From Enoplolaimus lenunculus (lineage: Eukaryota): a DNA stretch of 64,000 nucleotides. The notes beneath the pieces are model-generated. The model had not been told where the DNA came from, did no database searches, and was given only the letters and a program-made list of their open reading frames with translations. This document shows, one piece after another, positions 63,354 to 64,000 of the stretch. How positions within the stretch are numbered: the first letter of the stretch is position 1; each line of letters starts with the position of its first letter. The position numbers and the translations under genes are program-made. Where the stretch lies: assembly GCA_030248215.1 (NCBI GenBank), contig JASANG010003752.1, forward strand, positions 558,001-622,000. Direction: 5' to 3'.

Positions 63354-64000
63354 TAGGCTACTGTAGAAAATTGTACACACATGCGAGTCCCTAAGTTCCT
63401 AATTGAGTGTTTGTAAATTATATATCCAAAGGTCACCCACACTATGTGTACACCCGGCTGACAATAGAGAGTCCCTCTGAACGGCGTATGCTTTGCCTCA
63501 CTATCGCACATACAGATGCCACTTTGTCAATACGTTATAGAAAGTACAGCGTTTTGTCCTGAGTCTGTCAGAAGGACATTCGCTTATTTCATAACACAAA
63601 GTCTGTTCGAAGGGGCTCTGTTAAGCGATTATACAGAGTCTGTGCGATGGAACTCCTATTGTCAGACACTTTGTCCGAACTGTGTCCACATTGCTTCCAC
63701 ACCCTTCGAAGAGACTACCGCCATAACAGAGTAACTATGTATGCCCTCTGCAAAGTCCAAATATCCCAAAAAACAGTATTGTTTTGTACCGCCCTTGCAA
63801 ACAAGTGGGTGGTCAATTTTTACAGTAGCGTAGACAGTATAACGTGGATGACCCATAATAACGTTTATTTCAAAACGCAAAACACAATTGCTATTTTTAA
63901 CAAGATTGGTTAAATATGCTTTATTAAGTGAGAAAGTAATTTCATGTCGTGTGCACCGTCCCCACATTAATTTCTGATGCTTAGGCTCAGGCAAATGCTT

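Noticed and set aside
1..64000. Autonomous transposase or reverse-transcriptase gene
   Set aside because: No ORF with DDE, RT or integrase motifs was recognised; all elements appear non-autonomous.

Overview
AT-rich, transposon-littered eukaryotic (animal) genomic DNA. TTAGGC repeats and TTTCAG splice acceptors hint at a nematode, but this is unproven. No rRNA, intact tRNA, CRISPR array or autonomous transposase gene was recognised. One complete three-exon gene can be spliced by hand: join(21280..21709,23578..23889,24816..25660), 528 aa. It encodes a type-I membrane protein with a signal peptide, a Delta/Serrate-like N-terminal C2 (MNNL) domain, only the first Cys loop of a DSL domain, no EGF repeats, a TM helix and a long Tyr/polyQ tail. 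The first coding exon of a same-strand paralog lies 41 kb downstream (62126..62510). Both genes are preceded by a decayed tandem copy of their own 5' end. The rest is mostly short non-autonomous DNA transposons: about 25 copies of a GGCC-ended, 8-bp-TSD (Merlin-like) MITE carrying telomere-type (TTAGGC)n, plus hAT-, P-, piggyBac-, CACTA/EnSpm-, Harbinger-, Mutator- and Tc1/pogo-like MITEs (often nested), tRNA-like fragments and 9-, 42-, 79- and 116-bp tandem repeats. Superfamily labels rest only on terminal motifs and TSD length.
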